A model generated the notes under the pieces. It was given only the letters and a program-made list of their open reading frames with translations, was not told the origin of the DNA and searched no databases. A stretch of 64,000 nt of DNA from Azolla caroliniana. Its lineage: Eukaryota; Plantae; Polypodiophyta. Below are positions 12,504-24,413 of the stretch, in pieces; within the stretch, counting starts at the first letter, position 1; every line of letters begins with the position of its first letter. A program made the position numbers and the translations under genes. The stretch covers positions 9,300,001 to 9,364,000 of the forward strand of contig JBHGNT010000004.1 in the NCBI GenBank assembly GCA_043228905.1, given 5' to 3'.

Positions 12504-12572
12504 GCATATGTAGCTCAAGTGGTAGGGTTGCCCAATAGAGACCATGAGGTCTTGGGTTCCATCCCTACCTTC
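12504..12572 (+). promoter_or_regulatory. tRNA-like A/B-box cassette in element D LTR
   Basis: TAGCTCAAGTGGTAGGG...GAGGTCTTGGGTTCCATCCC, offset 44 nt, antisense to D. Confidence 0.78.
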
Positions 12573-14529
12573 TTTCGTGGCATATGTCTATGACATTATC
12601 CTCCCTCTAAGGCCGCCTCCTAACACCTGCCACCGGTTTATGGGGGTATCGTTGATGAAAAGCGCGAATTGCCTCCGGTGCATTTTGTAAATGTGTAATT
12701 GGTTCCCATGTGGCGTCCGAAAGAGGGTAACCTTTCCATAAGACCAGGTATTGAAGTCTGCTCGACGCAAGCGAGAGTCGAGGATCCAGTCAACCTCATA
12801 CTCCTCACCTGTCGATAATTCCACGGGCGGCGGCGGAGGAGGTTGTCGTCCCGAAATGTGAGAAGGATGATAGAGTTCGAGGAGAGAGACGTGGAAAACA
12901 TTGTGAAGCCGAAATGTGGGGGGAAGCGATAACTGGAAAGCGACTGGGTTAACACGCTCGAGATACAGAATGGGCCTAGCTTTTAGTAGTCGAGCTTCGC
13001 ACAGGGATGGGTGGTTGCGATGTGCCGACGTAGCAATCAAACCATGTCACCAACTGTGAAGGTCGGCACGACTAAGCGATGTTGGTCAACGTGAGCTTTA
13101 TACTGTTTGCCAATGGCACGGAGCTCGAGGGCGAGTTCACGATGAACATCTTGTAAGGTGTGGGCATGCTTCTCGGCCGACGGATTGATGGATATCGCCG
13201 GAATGGAAATGTTGAACCGAGGGTGGAAACCGTAATTTGCAAAGAATGGAGAAACCTTAGTTGAGGCATGGATACTGTTATTGTAGGCAAATTCCGCCAT
13301 GGTAAGGAGGTCCACCCAATCGTCTTGTTGGTAGCTAACTATACACCGGAGGTATTGTTTGAGGATTTGGTTGACTCTTTCGGTTTGACCATCCATTTGA
13401 GGGTGGTGTGTGGTTGACAAGTTCACAGAAGTCCCGAATGTGAAGTCGGCGCCAAAAGTGGGAGATAAATTGAGGACCTCGATCAGAAGTGACATCCTCA
13501 AGCAAACCGTATAACCAGACGACATTTTTCTAGAAAAAGGGTAGCTGTCTCCTCCCCCAAAATGGTTTTCGAACATGGGACAAAGAAAGCCATCTTCGAA
13601 AACCGATCAACAACCACTAGCACTGTCTCATTGTCACCGACTTGAGGAAGGTCGGTGATAAAGTCCATGGAGAGAGAAGCCCAAGGTCAATTGGGGATTG
13701 GAAGTGGCTATAGAAGGTCGTATGGACGATGGTGAGCCGCTTTGGAGCGAGCACAGATGTCACAAGTTTTGATAAATTCCTTGACCAATTTCCAAGGTTG
13801 AGGCCACCAAAACCCTCGAGAAAGCAATGCCAACGTTTTGGCGACCCCAAAGTGTCCGACACAAGGATCATCATGGCAAGTTTGTAGAACTCGGAGGCGA
13901 CATGGGCCAGCTGGTACTTAAAGGAGGTGATTACAATAGAGTGGCCCATCTTGAGTTCTAAAGTGACTGATATTATAGATCTAAGTACTAAAGTAAGCTT
14001 AAGATAAGGATAAAGTAATAATAGATAGAAAGGAGAAAGAGAAAGAAGGGTGTCGATCCACCCGACCACCCCCGAGCGAAGGGATCGAGACGGACTCGAG
14101 CCTCGATCGGCGTCCCATACCACCGTCGTGGCGTCGAGTCGTACCTGGTGCTGGCGCGCTCGCTACAAGAGTTGACCCACCACACGAGCAGAGTCTCGAT
14201 GTAGTAAAAAGATGATCCAATGAGGGTAGCTAGGCCTCTTATTTATAGCGATACCCAAGGCCCCCAAGCAAGTTCACACTTGACCTAATGGGTTGTCTCA
14301 ATCCCGAGGATTAAAATTAATCCTCCCCTTCTTTACACTCTCGTTTAACCCTCACACTTATGCACGTGTATAGAATACTACGGTAAATTCTTACCACGGT
14401 GTCGTGATGTGGCATGTCTAGTGCGAGAAAAACTCAAAAATTGAGGATCCACACACATTTCACGAATACTTGTAAAAATGAAAATAAATAAACCTAGGTC
14501 ACAATGGCATTGAGTGCATGTAGAGGGTT

Positions 14530-14598
14530 GCAAGTAGGATTTGAACCTTGCACCTCTATGGTAAGAGGCAATTACCTTACCACTAAAGCTACTACTAA
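14530..14598 (-). promoter_or_regulatory. tRNA-like A/B-box cassette in E LTR1 (also LTR3 ~20397-20465)
   Basis: Minus strand TAGCTTTAGTGGTAAGG...GAGGTGCAAGGTTCAAATCC, offset 44 nt. Confidence 0.75.
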
Positions 14599-15106
14599 GT
14601 GCTTTAGATGTTCTATATTTCTTTCTCATATTCAGTATTCCGTAGGAAGCAAACGAACAAAACCGTGTACACAAAATCACGGTTTTAAGCCCATGGTTTC
14701 CTGCATGTCACAAAGCAAAACTGTGTGCACAAAAACCATGGCTCCAAGCCCATGGTTTTGTGCATGGACAAACCTATAAAACCCCTAGTACGGCTTGTGT
14801 AAGGGGGGGCTCAATATGATATGACCATCATCATCACCATCAATAATATAAGCTTCTATTTCTTCTTCTTCGCATCTATCTTGTAATTATTTATCTACTT
14901 CTGAAAGTGTACAATCTTCAATCTTCTCAAGTGTAATAGTTCTTCCTCCAATCTTACATTCACATCATCCTCTTCTCAATACCTTGACGGACATCCTCCT
15001 TGGTCCAAGACCCCGGTGGTCCCGCTCAAGCGAAGCACGCTCGCACGCGCATCTTCGCAACATCATTTGGTGAACCTGACGTGAAGAGCAGTAGGGGAGG
15101 ACGAAG

Positions 15107-16961
15107 ATGGATGGCGAATATCTCATGGAGGCAATGTCAAAAAGGATGATGGAGTTTCTGAGAGAAGGGAAAAGAAGAAATGAAGCCCAACAAGCTGTCG
15201 GCAAGGTAGTCGAACGAATGAGCTATTTCAACGGTGCCGAAGTCCAAAGTTTCCTAAAAGTCTACAATGCGGAGATGGATTCAAGAGGTGTGGACAAAGC
15301 TATGAGGCTAGAGTACTTTTGTCGGGTGGTGTCTCAACCGATCTTCAAAGATGTAAAAGAGCTTCTAGAAGCTCATGATTCGTGGGTGACTTTCGAGAAG
15401 GCTCTATTGGAGGAATATGGCTATGAGAGACTGAAGGGACGAGATCGACGCAACTTCGACCAATGGGTGACATCAGCGAAGACCCACCAAGGTGCGACAC
15501 AAGCATTCGTAGACTTCGAGCATCATTTTTCTCAATTGTCGGAGCGGGAACAAAGATTGGTGGGGGTCGATAAGGTCCTTATGTTCGTGAAGTCAATCGA
15601 TCGAATGGAAAGGATGGCGATCGGCCTCAAACTCGAAGAAGATGATGGTGCAAATGGCCTCATCGAGGATTGGAGCAAAGTGGAAAGTGTATGCCGACTA
15701 CACGATAAGGGGCAAGCGAGAATATCGACGACAACAAGACGGCCCATGAGGGACGATCGAAGAGGGACGAGATGCAACAACGCGCCACCAACAAAAGAAA
15801 TGAAGCTTAGAAGGGAGACAAAACCGAGGCGAATGGTGATCGAGGAAGAAGAGACCTCCCAACAAATGCGGGTTAATGAAGTGGCCGATACAAAGGCTCT
15901 GGTTCGGTATGACGGTACCGAGAGAGAAGGTGTGAAACAAGTCACCTTCTTGTCTTACAAAGAAACGACGGCGAAGGAGGAGGCCGATGACTCGAGGACG
16001 GCGAACGCCACTTCGAGGGAGGATAAATGTTTCGGAACACGCATTGTGTATGAAACATCGGGTGATGACGGCACAAGCATGAGAAAAGCAAGTGTTTGAG
16101 TCTGAAGAGATTGAGGAGGTAGCCATGACAAACGACATCGAGTCGGAGGTGGCTATGGACGAGTCGACGACGGATAGCCATGTCAAGACTTTCTCCACGA
16201 TTGTTCCAGAGACTTCGGCGGTTGCGCCCGTGTGCCAACGTGAGACCGGAGAGACGGAAGGTGGTGACGGGAAGATAAAGGCCCAACACAAAGAGGAAGA
16301 AGATCGAGGAAGAAAGGATATCCCCACACCTATTCTAGAGACTTCGGCGGTTGTGCACGTGCGCCAACGTGAGACCGGAGAGACAGAATGTGTGGACAAA
16401 AAAGAGGACGACCGGAAGGGCGATGAAGAAGACAAGGTAAATGTAAATGAACGAAGGGATTCCTTCACACTGGTTCCGGAGACTTCGGCAGTCGAGACCG
16501 TGTGTCGACATAAGACCGAAGATAAAGGAGGTAGTGAAGAGGAGACAATATGGCTCGAGGCGAGCATACACGGAGGGAAGGATATGGCCGACATGGAGGC
16601 CAAGGATGAAGCTACGGTTGAGTTCGATGGAGAGGTTGCATGCGGGAAGGAAGGAAGAGTCGAGAACCGGTTGAACCGGAAGACGATCCGGCCGGGATTC
16701 CGACCCGAACGAAGGAAGATCCACATGGGAGCCGATCGACCGGGGCCGACCCGGCCGAAACCTGATTCGGCGAAAATCGATCGGACGATTCCGATCCAAA
16801 AGGGGGCCGACCCAGCCAGAATCAATCGGTCGAGCCCGACTCGGGGAAATGTGAATGCAGACGAAGGCCAACCAAGCCAAGAAGCGATCGGTGGAGACCG
16901 ATCCGGACAAGGGCAAACCCAGCCTAATCGGAGATCGACACGAACGATCTACAATACCTAG
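15107..16961 (+). pseudogene. E unit 1: gag capsid-like domain, acidic repeats and Arg/Pro-rich tail (one frameshift near 16095)
   Basis: ORFs 15107-16099 and 16092-16961; FNGAEVQSFLKVY...FVKSID...GLIEDW; three ETSAV...ETGETE repeats. Confidence 0.82.
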
Positions 16962-17404
16962 TTGAAGACGGTGAGCGTGAGGAGTGGTCAGGAGTCCAAT
17001 CGAAGGACACACGCGGTGGACGAAGGAAGAGCGGTCGTATCGACGACATCGTTCGGTAGATCTACTACAACCGATCGGGGAAGAAGGTGTGAGCACCGGA
17101 TATGGTGGATCGGGGGGCTACGGTGGTTCGGTTGGAAAGATTGCGCATATACTCGAAGTGGAAGACGAAGTCGACGAGCGTGTAGAGGAACTCGGTTGAT
17201 CACCGTTGCCAAAGATCTCACCTCTTCACCTTTCTCGGCACATACCGGAGGATGTGCGGGTTTGGTGGGGGTGGATGTCGTGACGATTTTCGGCTACGGT
17301 GTGAAACCGAGTGAGACGAATAAACCAAGGATGTGCAACATTGCACATACACTTAGCAAATAAGCCTCCTAAGGCCTAGTGGCACTTGAGTTCATACAGA
17401 GGGG

Positions 17405-17474
17405 TGCAAGCAAGGATTGAACCTTGCACCTCTAAGATACAAGATAATTGCCTTACCACTAGGACAACTATCAT
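17405..17474 (-). promoter_or_regulatory. tRNA-like A/B-box cassette in E LTR2
   Basis: Minus strand TTGTCCTAGTGGTAAGG...GAGGTGCAAGGTTCAATCCTTGC with a 6-bp T-stem GCAAGG/CCTTGC. Confidence 0.72.
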
Positions 17475-17962
17475 ATAGTGTAGATTTTATGTATTTCCTT
17501 TTCATATACAAATTATAGACGAAACAACCATAGAAAACCATGTGCACAAAACCATGGTTTTAAACCCATGGTTTGTGCATGACATAAGCAAAACCGTGTG
17601 CACAAAACCATGGTTTTAGCCCATGGTTATGTGCATGTCACGAGCATGGAAAGACCTATAAAAGCCTCTAGTTGGGCTTGTGTAAGGGGGGCTCAATATG
17701 TGATATCACCAACACCATTATCATCAATATAATTATATTCGTCTTTATCTTCTTCATATTTTTCTACTTCTCAAGTGTACAATCTTTCTTCTTCTCAAGT
17801 AAACCAATTTCATCTAATCTTACATTGATCATCATCTAGCGTCGATAATTCCGCGAACGTCCTCCCCAGTCCAAGACCCCGGTGGTCGCTCGAGTAGCAC
17901 ACGTACGCGCGAATCTTCGCGACATCATTTGGTGAACCCGACGTGAAGAGCGGTAGGCGAGG

Positions 17963-19693
17963 ATGAAGCTGGACGAGGAATATCTAATGAAGGCAATGTC
18001 AAAGATGATGATAGAGTTTTCAAGAGAAGGGAAAACACGACATGCGGCCCAACAAGCCGTCGAAAGCATGATCAAGCGAGTCGGGTTTTTCGATGGAGGC
18101 AAAGTCCAAAAATTTCTAAAGGCCTACAATGCCGAAATGGATTCAAGAGGAGTGGAGGAAGCAATGAGGCTGGAGTACTTTTGTCAACTGGTGGCCGAAC
18201 CGATCTTCGAAGAGATTAAAGAGATTCAAAAAACTCACGATTTGTGGGTGTCCTTCAAAGAAGCTTTACAAGAATCATATGGTTACGAACAGCAAAAGGG
18301 ACGAGGTCTGTATGAGTTTCACGAATGGGTGTCATCGAGAAAGACCCACCAGAGTGCTATGCATGCATTCGTTGAGTTTGAGTATCGCTTCGCTCAACTC
18401 TCGGACCGGGATCGAAGATTGGTGGGGGTGAATAAAGTTCTGATGTTTGTAAAGTCAATCGATCGGAATGAAAGGAAGGCCATTGGAATCCAACTCGAGG
18501 ATGACAATGGTGAAAATGGCCTCACTGAGGATTGGGCCAAAGTGGAAAGGGTATGCTGACAACACAATAAGAGGGAGATGAGACTCTCATCGACAACAAC
18601 ACGACCCACAAGGGATGTTCAAAGGAGAATGGGATGTGGCAATAAAAACCCACTGAAGGAAGAAAGCTCGAAGAGGGAAGCTTCAAAAGAACTCAACATA
18701 GAAGCCTTGATGAGAGAGGCATTAATGAACTTAAAGGCATAAGTCGAGGTTGAAGAGAAGCTGAAAACAAAACCGAGGAAAATGGTGATCGACGAAGAGG
18801 AGACCTCCCGACAAATGCAGACTAATGGTGCGGCCAATACGAAGGCCCAGGTTTGGTATGACAGTACCATGGGAGAAGGTGTGAAACAAGCCACCTTCTC
18901 GACTTATGGAGGAACGACGGTCGAGAGAAGGGCCGAAGACTCGAGAGCGGGAAATGCTGCTTTAAGAGTGGACGAGCATTTCAGAACACATGTTGTGTCC
19001 GAAATATCGAGTAATGAAGGTGCAAGCATGAGGGAAGCTTGCGTGATCAAGGGATGTAAAGAGTGCGAGGTCGACGTGATTGAGGCGGTAGCCACGAGAA
19101 ACGACATCAAGTCGCAGATGGCTAAGGAAGAGTTCACGGCGGATGACCGTGTCGAGAATTTCCCAACACTTGATCTAGAGACTTGGGCAGTTGCGTCCGA
19201 GAGCCAACATGAGACCCAAGAGACGGAAAGTGGTGGGGAAGAAAATATTGAAGACAATGCGAATAACAACATTGAGCGAAAGATGGCTACGGATGAGAAG
19301 ACGGTGACCGATGGTGTCGAGGTTCTCCCCACATTTCTTCCTGAGACTTCGGCAGTTGTGCCCAAGTGTCAACATGAGACCGGAGAGACGGAAGGTGACG
19401 GCAAGAAATCGAAGGACCAAAGTGGCAATGAGGACGATGACCACAGAAGAAGGAATCCCTCCACACTAGTTCCGAAGACTTCGGCAGTTGTGCCCGAGAG
19501 CCAACATCAGACCGGAGAGATGGAAGGTGGCAGCGAGGAGATGAGGGTCAAAACCGGCGCATACAGAGGAACGGTTGCCAACAAGGAGGCCAAAAACAAA
19601 GCTACAATAGAGTTCGATGAAGAGCCAAAGAGCGGCAAGAAAGGAAGAACCGGAATACAATCCGGATGGAAGATGACTCCGTTGGTATTCTGA
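17963..19693 (+). pseudogene. E unit 2: paralogous gag-like plus acidic-repeat ORF with in-frame stops
   Basis: ORFs 17963-18559 and 18782-19693 are in the same frame and collinear with unit 1. Confidence 0.82.
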
Positions 19694-22600
19694 CCCGAAC
19701 GGAAGCCGACCCGGACGAGAGTTGATCAACCAGGCCCGACCCAACTGAAAACCGGACAGAAACTAACCCGAACGAAAGTCGATCATCTAAATCCGATTCG
19801 GCCGAATGCGAATCTGAACGAAGGCCGACCAAGCCAGAAGTTGATTGGTCGAGACCAATCCCGACAGAAGTTGAGCCGGCCTAGACAGAGGTCGAAGCAA
19901 ACGAGCCGTGACATCCAGTCGAGGCTGTTGAGCATAAGGAAAGGCAAGCATGAGACGAGAAAGGATGATAAAGGAAAGTTAAGTGACCAAGGAGATGGCC
20001 GAGATGAAGGTGGCACATGCACGAGGCATGAAGCGTTATGCTCGGGAGGAGCACAGAGAGCCATGACAACTAGACATGGCAATAAAAAAGGTGAGCGAAT
20101 GATATGGTGGATCGGATGGCAACGGCAGTTTGAAGTAGACGACAAAAAGACGGTGTGGACGAGGCACAAGAAAGGAGGAAATCAAACACCAACCAACTTT
20201 GACCCTTCCACATCACTCTTTTCTTCTTGGCACATACCGGAGGATGTGCGGTTTGGTGGGGGTGGATGTCGTGATGTGGCATGTCTAGTGCGAGAAAAAC
20301 TCAAAAATTGAGGATCCACACACATTTCACGAATACTTGTAAAAAAGAAAATAAATAAACCTAGGTCACAATGGCATTGAGTGCATGTAGAGGGTTGCAA
20401 GTAGGATTTGAACCTTGCACCTCTACGGTAAGAGGCAATTACCTTACCACTAAAGCTACTACTAAGTGCTTTAGATGTTCTATATTTCTTTCTCATATTC
20501 ACTATTCCGTAGGAAACAAACGAACAAAACCGTGTACACAAAACCACGGTTTTAAGCCCATGGTTTCCTGCATGTCACAAAGCAAAACTGTGTGCACAAA
20601 AACCATGGCTCCAAGCCCATGGTTTTGTGCATGGACAAACCTATAAAACCCCTAGTACGGCTTGTTTAAGGGGGGGCTCAATATGATATGACCATCATCA
20701 TCACCATCAATAATATAAGCTTCTATTTCTTCTTCTTCGCATCTATCTTGTAATTATTTATCTACTTCTGAAAGTGTACAATCTTCAATCTTCTCAAGTG
20801 TAATAGTTCTTCCTCCAATCTTACATTCACATCATCCTCTTCTCAATACCTTGACGGACATCCTCCTTGGTCCAAGACCCCGGTGGTCCCGCTCAAGCGC
20901 AGCACGCTCGCACGCGCATCTTCGCGACAACGGGATATTATATCGTCATGCCCGTAACAACTGAGATCCGAGCTTTGCCTTTCTAGGGATAGGTTGTTGA
21001 GGCGCGCCATGATGTTAGTAGCGAAAGGGTCTGACGTGGTTTCTTGGGCAATCTCGTTGAGCAAGGAATCATCTTGCAACATATAGGTTGCGAACATGTG
21101 GAGTTGATCGGGCCGCAATAAACAATGTGATTGCTGAGAATAAGCGTCGTCACCTAGGCGCAATGCGAAATTGGGTCGCCGAGAGAGAGCATCCGCTTTC
21201 CCATGTTGAACTCCGGGTTGAAACAAGATTTCAAAGTCGTAGTCGGCAAGAAAAGATGACCAACAAGCCTGCCTCTGATTCAACGTACGAGTGGTGATGA
21301 AGTAGATGAGATTCTTGTGGTCAGTCACCACCTGAATACGATGTTGGGCCCCAGCCAGATAGGGTTGCCATTCAGCGAAGGCCGAGATGATAGTTGCAAG
21401 CTCCTTGTCGTAGATCGGATAGTTGATTTCCGGGGTTGTAAACTTCCGAGAGTAGAAGGCAACCGGATGTAGGGTGCCATCGTCATCAGGCTGGGACAAG
21501 ACCGCACCTATGGCAAAGTCGGAGGCGTTGACATTTCCCGACACAACGGCCAGTGTAGCGGCCAAACCGGACTCGACCGTAACAGAATTAAGGGAGTGTC
21601 GTGACCGAGTAGGAATTGGCGTTCTTGGAAAAGTAATGGAATGGCTACACCAATCCACCGTCAGATTGTGTGCCTCCAACCAAGATAGCCCCAACACAAT
21701 CGGATTTCGGGGAGTCGCGATGAGGTAGAAAGTTAGTTCCTCCTTCTGTGCCCCGATTTGAAGTACCAACGGGATAGTGGCTTCGGTAACCGCCCCCTAC
21801 GAGAGAACCTGGCCGTCAATCGCTTCAACGGATATGGGTTGTGATGTGCGGACAATGGGGATATTTTGTGTGCATACAAAAGATTTATCGATAAAGCAAG
21901 TAGATGCTCCGGAGTCGAGCAAGGCATGATAATGTATTGAAGTCGAACCAAAACAAAGACTTACTTGCAAAGAAAACCCTCCTAATGGCGGTACGGACTT
22001 GTAGGAGCATGAGAAGGTGAGTAACGGGAAGCGTCCAGCGGCATGGCTCCTACTGCAGCTGGACTTGGTCGTTTTCCTATTGTCGAGGAACCTCCGCAAG
22101 ACGTACACGATGGAATTCGTGTCGAGGGCCTCACACAGGACAATGGCAGATGACATGGCCAGGGTTGCCACAATAGAGACAAAGTCCATTGTCCCGACGA
22201 TGTTGGCGTTGGGCTTCAGTTAGTGGTTGGAACCGAGCATGGTCGATCTCCATCGGGGTATGGGACTCGACCTCCATTGTGGTATGGGTTTCACTGACTG
22301 ATGGTAAGGTTGGCGTGGGCGACAAGTAGGGCCTGGTGATTGCTGCGTTCCGAGAAGAAGCCAGAGATCCGCGAGTCCCCCATTCTTCTTGATGAAGTTC
22401 AAAAAGACGATTGTCACACTGGACAACTTGGGAGATTACTTGAGACAACGATGTGGGCTCTAGGAAGTTTAAGAGAAGAGTCTTGACATCATTTCGGAGA
22501 CCGCGACGGAAATGGTCGCGTAGGGCTTGGTCATCCCAACTAACATCGCAGGCAATCTGGCGGAACTTTGAGCCGTAGACCAAGGCAGGACGTGAGCCTT

Positions 22601-24413
22601 GTTGGACAGAATAAAGCTTTGTGAGTGTTGTTCGTCAGCGATCTATCTCGCCAAATGTCGCTTCGAGCTCCTCAATAAAAGCGGTGAAGTCCTCCAAGAG
22701 AGGGGATGAGGTCTCGATCAAGGGTGCAAACCACGCTTGCGCTGGCCCAGAGAGAAGTGTGCCGACAAGCCCAACCCGAGAAAAGTCGCTAGCATACCGT
22801 TGGGGTTGTAATCGGATGATAAGCCGAATTTGGTTGATGAAGCCGCGAAGATACGCCCTCATGCCGTTGAATTTGTCAGGTAGGCTGATGGTTGGTTCGA
22901 GGACATATGGATGAGAAGAGGACGTGGTCGGGTTAGGTGTCGACGGTGGTTGTGACTCGGCGGCCACTGGATTTCTTCAAGTGCCAGATTGCAACTCTCG
23001 TAATGATTCCCGAAGGATTTCATTCTCTAACTGAAGTTGTTGCAAGGTTGCCATGATTTGGTTTAGGTTGTCGATGGAGTCAGACATTGTAGCAAGAAAA
23101 GGAAGGTGAACAAATTGTCACGGACAAGTATAATAGAGTAGAACAAAGATAATACTAGAGAACAAGAGAAAGTAAAAGAACAAGAACTCAACTTATAGAA
23201 CCTGTAACTTGTTTTGTTCACCTTGATTAGAATCAAGGTGCACATGAGTATTTATAAAAGAAGGTAGGGCTATGTAAGCTAGCAAGAAATAAAGTATGCA
23301 TGAGGATGCATGCATGCTAGAAAATGAGAATACATGCAAGCTAAAGTATGCTTGACTTTAGATTGAGAGAGATTAAGATTGAACTCTTGACTTTACATTT
23401 GAAGAACAAGATTGATACATCAATTGGATATCAAATTTCTTACTTTTAATTTCTTAATTAATACATCAATTGGATAACGAAATTTCTTCTTAATATTAAT
23501 TTTGATATAAAGTACAAAGCTCCCTTTGATATTTTTCATCCACCCTTTTATAGATGCTCTCATGCATATGATGCATGCAAGGGTACAAGACATGAATACA
23601 ATACATGGAATGCATGTGATGCATGTTTGTCATTTGGCGCTCATGCATCACATGTCACTCAATCGAGCTCTAATATGAGAATTTACATGTAAATCTATAA
23701 TGATAAAAATATAATCTCTAAAGAAATGACTTGGCTTAATGGTAAGTCTATTGTTTCCTATCTTGGAGGTGCAAAGTTTGAGTTTTGCTTACATCTTTTT
23801 CTTTTATGCACAAAATACTATTAGGCTTTTGGACCAAATATCTTTAAGACACCATGCACCGCGATCAACTGACCTGACCAATCCGTCCGATTTACATCTG
23901 TTTGGTCCGGCCCAATCCACATCCTGATTTCGTTTGGTCCTCATCCCTAGTCGCTTGCCGGTAACCGGCCGGTCACTGCTTCTCGATTGCCAGTTGCCGC
24001 CGGTTTTGGTTGGCTAAAATCTTTTACAAGTAGCTAGGCCACACCTACTTATCCAACTAGCTTAGTTCAAGTCACCTTGAACTCTCTATGCTCCACACAT
24101 AAACACAAAGATGATAGCTTTTGCTCTGCCTTATATATGGCGAGATCCTTATTTGTCCTATCTATGTGGGATATCTCACAGTTTTATCTTTCTCTTTTCC
24201 TTTGCAAACTTCCTACCCACATAACTTGAGACTTAGATGTTTGTTTCTTATGTAGTAAAGTGCATTCGAAAGCTCTTAAAGACCTCCATCTTTTTGTACT
24301 AAGATATTAAACTATTTTAAATAGTATTTTGACTATTATTGTTTTATATGATTCATACTCGATTTCGTATGTTTAATGCGATTTTCACACCATTGCAGAA
24401 AATCTTCACGACA

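Larger units (their letters stand above)
14400..20929 (+). mobile_element. Element E: triple-LTR tandem of two gag-only units (LTR1 14400-15062, LTR2 17276-17924, LTR3 20267-20929)
   Basis: One 4-bp TSD ACGG flanks the whole. Each unit has a Trp PBS and PPT GGTGGGGGTGGA. Outer LTRs differ at ~8 of 663 positions; the middle LTR is clearly diverged. No pol. Confidence 0.92.
13971..20959 (-). repeat. Solo LTR (~455 bp) inserted in D pol, itself split by element E
   Basis: 5-bp TSD ACTGA (13966-13970 and 20960-20964); termini TATTATAG (decayed TGTTACGG)...CCGTAACA; D pol reads through across the site. Confidence 0.75.
12223..23350 (-). mobile_element. Element D: chromovirus inserted in the C 5' LTR; RT deleted; 3' LTR 12223-12595, 5' LTR 23116-~23350 truncated
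   Basis: gag (PDKFNG, WDDQAL, CLYCGNPGHVICHC), protease LLDSGASTCF, RNase H ([10 protein letters not shown]), integrase, chromodomain (EEYEVDWILDSR), PPT AGAGGGAGGATAA. Confidence 0.88.
2009..24413 (-). mobile_element. Element C: gag-only LTR retrotransposon, tRNA-Trp primed; hosts B, copia-1 and D
   Basis: Termini TGTCATGAAGAT...ATCTTCACGACA; 4-bp TSD CCGG/CTAG (CpG-decayed) inside the protease of A. 5' LTR is 24413-12125 (split by D); 3' LTR remnant is 2009-~2858. PBS at 12099-12116. Its 3' internal part is deleted, so lack of pol is inferred from homology to E. Confidence 0.85.

Noticed and set aside
12504-12572. Functional tRNA gene (and likewise the other tRNA-like cassettes)
   Set aside because: No paired anticodon arm or convincing acceptor stem, and each sits at a fixed position inside an LTR. 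Reported as promoter-like cassettes instead.
16180-16520. CRISPR-like repeat-spacer pattern in the GAGACTTCGGC repeats
   Set aside because: Degenerate coding repeats with irregular spacing, in a eukaryotic retroelement with no cas genes.
15698-17096. Long antisense ORFs (375 and 253 aa) in element E
   Set aside because: Shadow frames of a purine-rich sense ORF, with no recognisable domain and no comparable intact ORF in unit 2.
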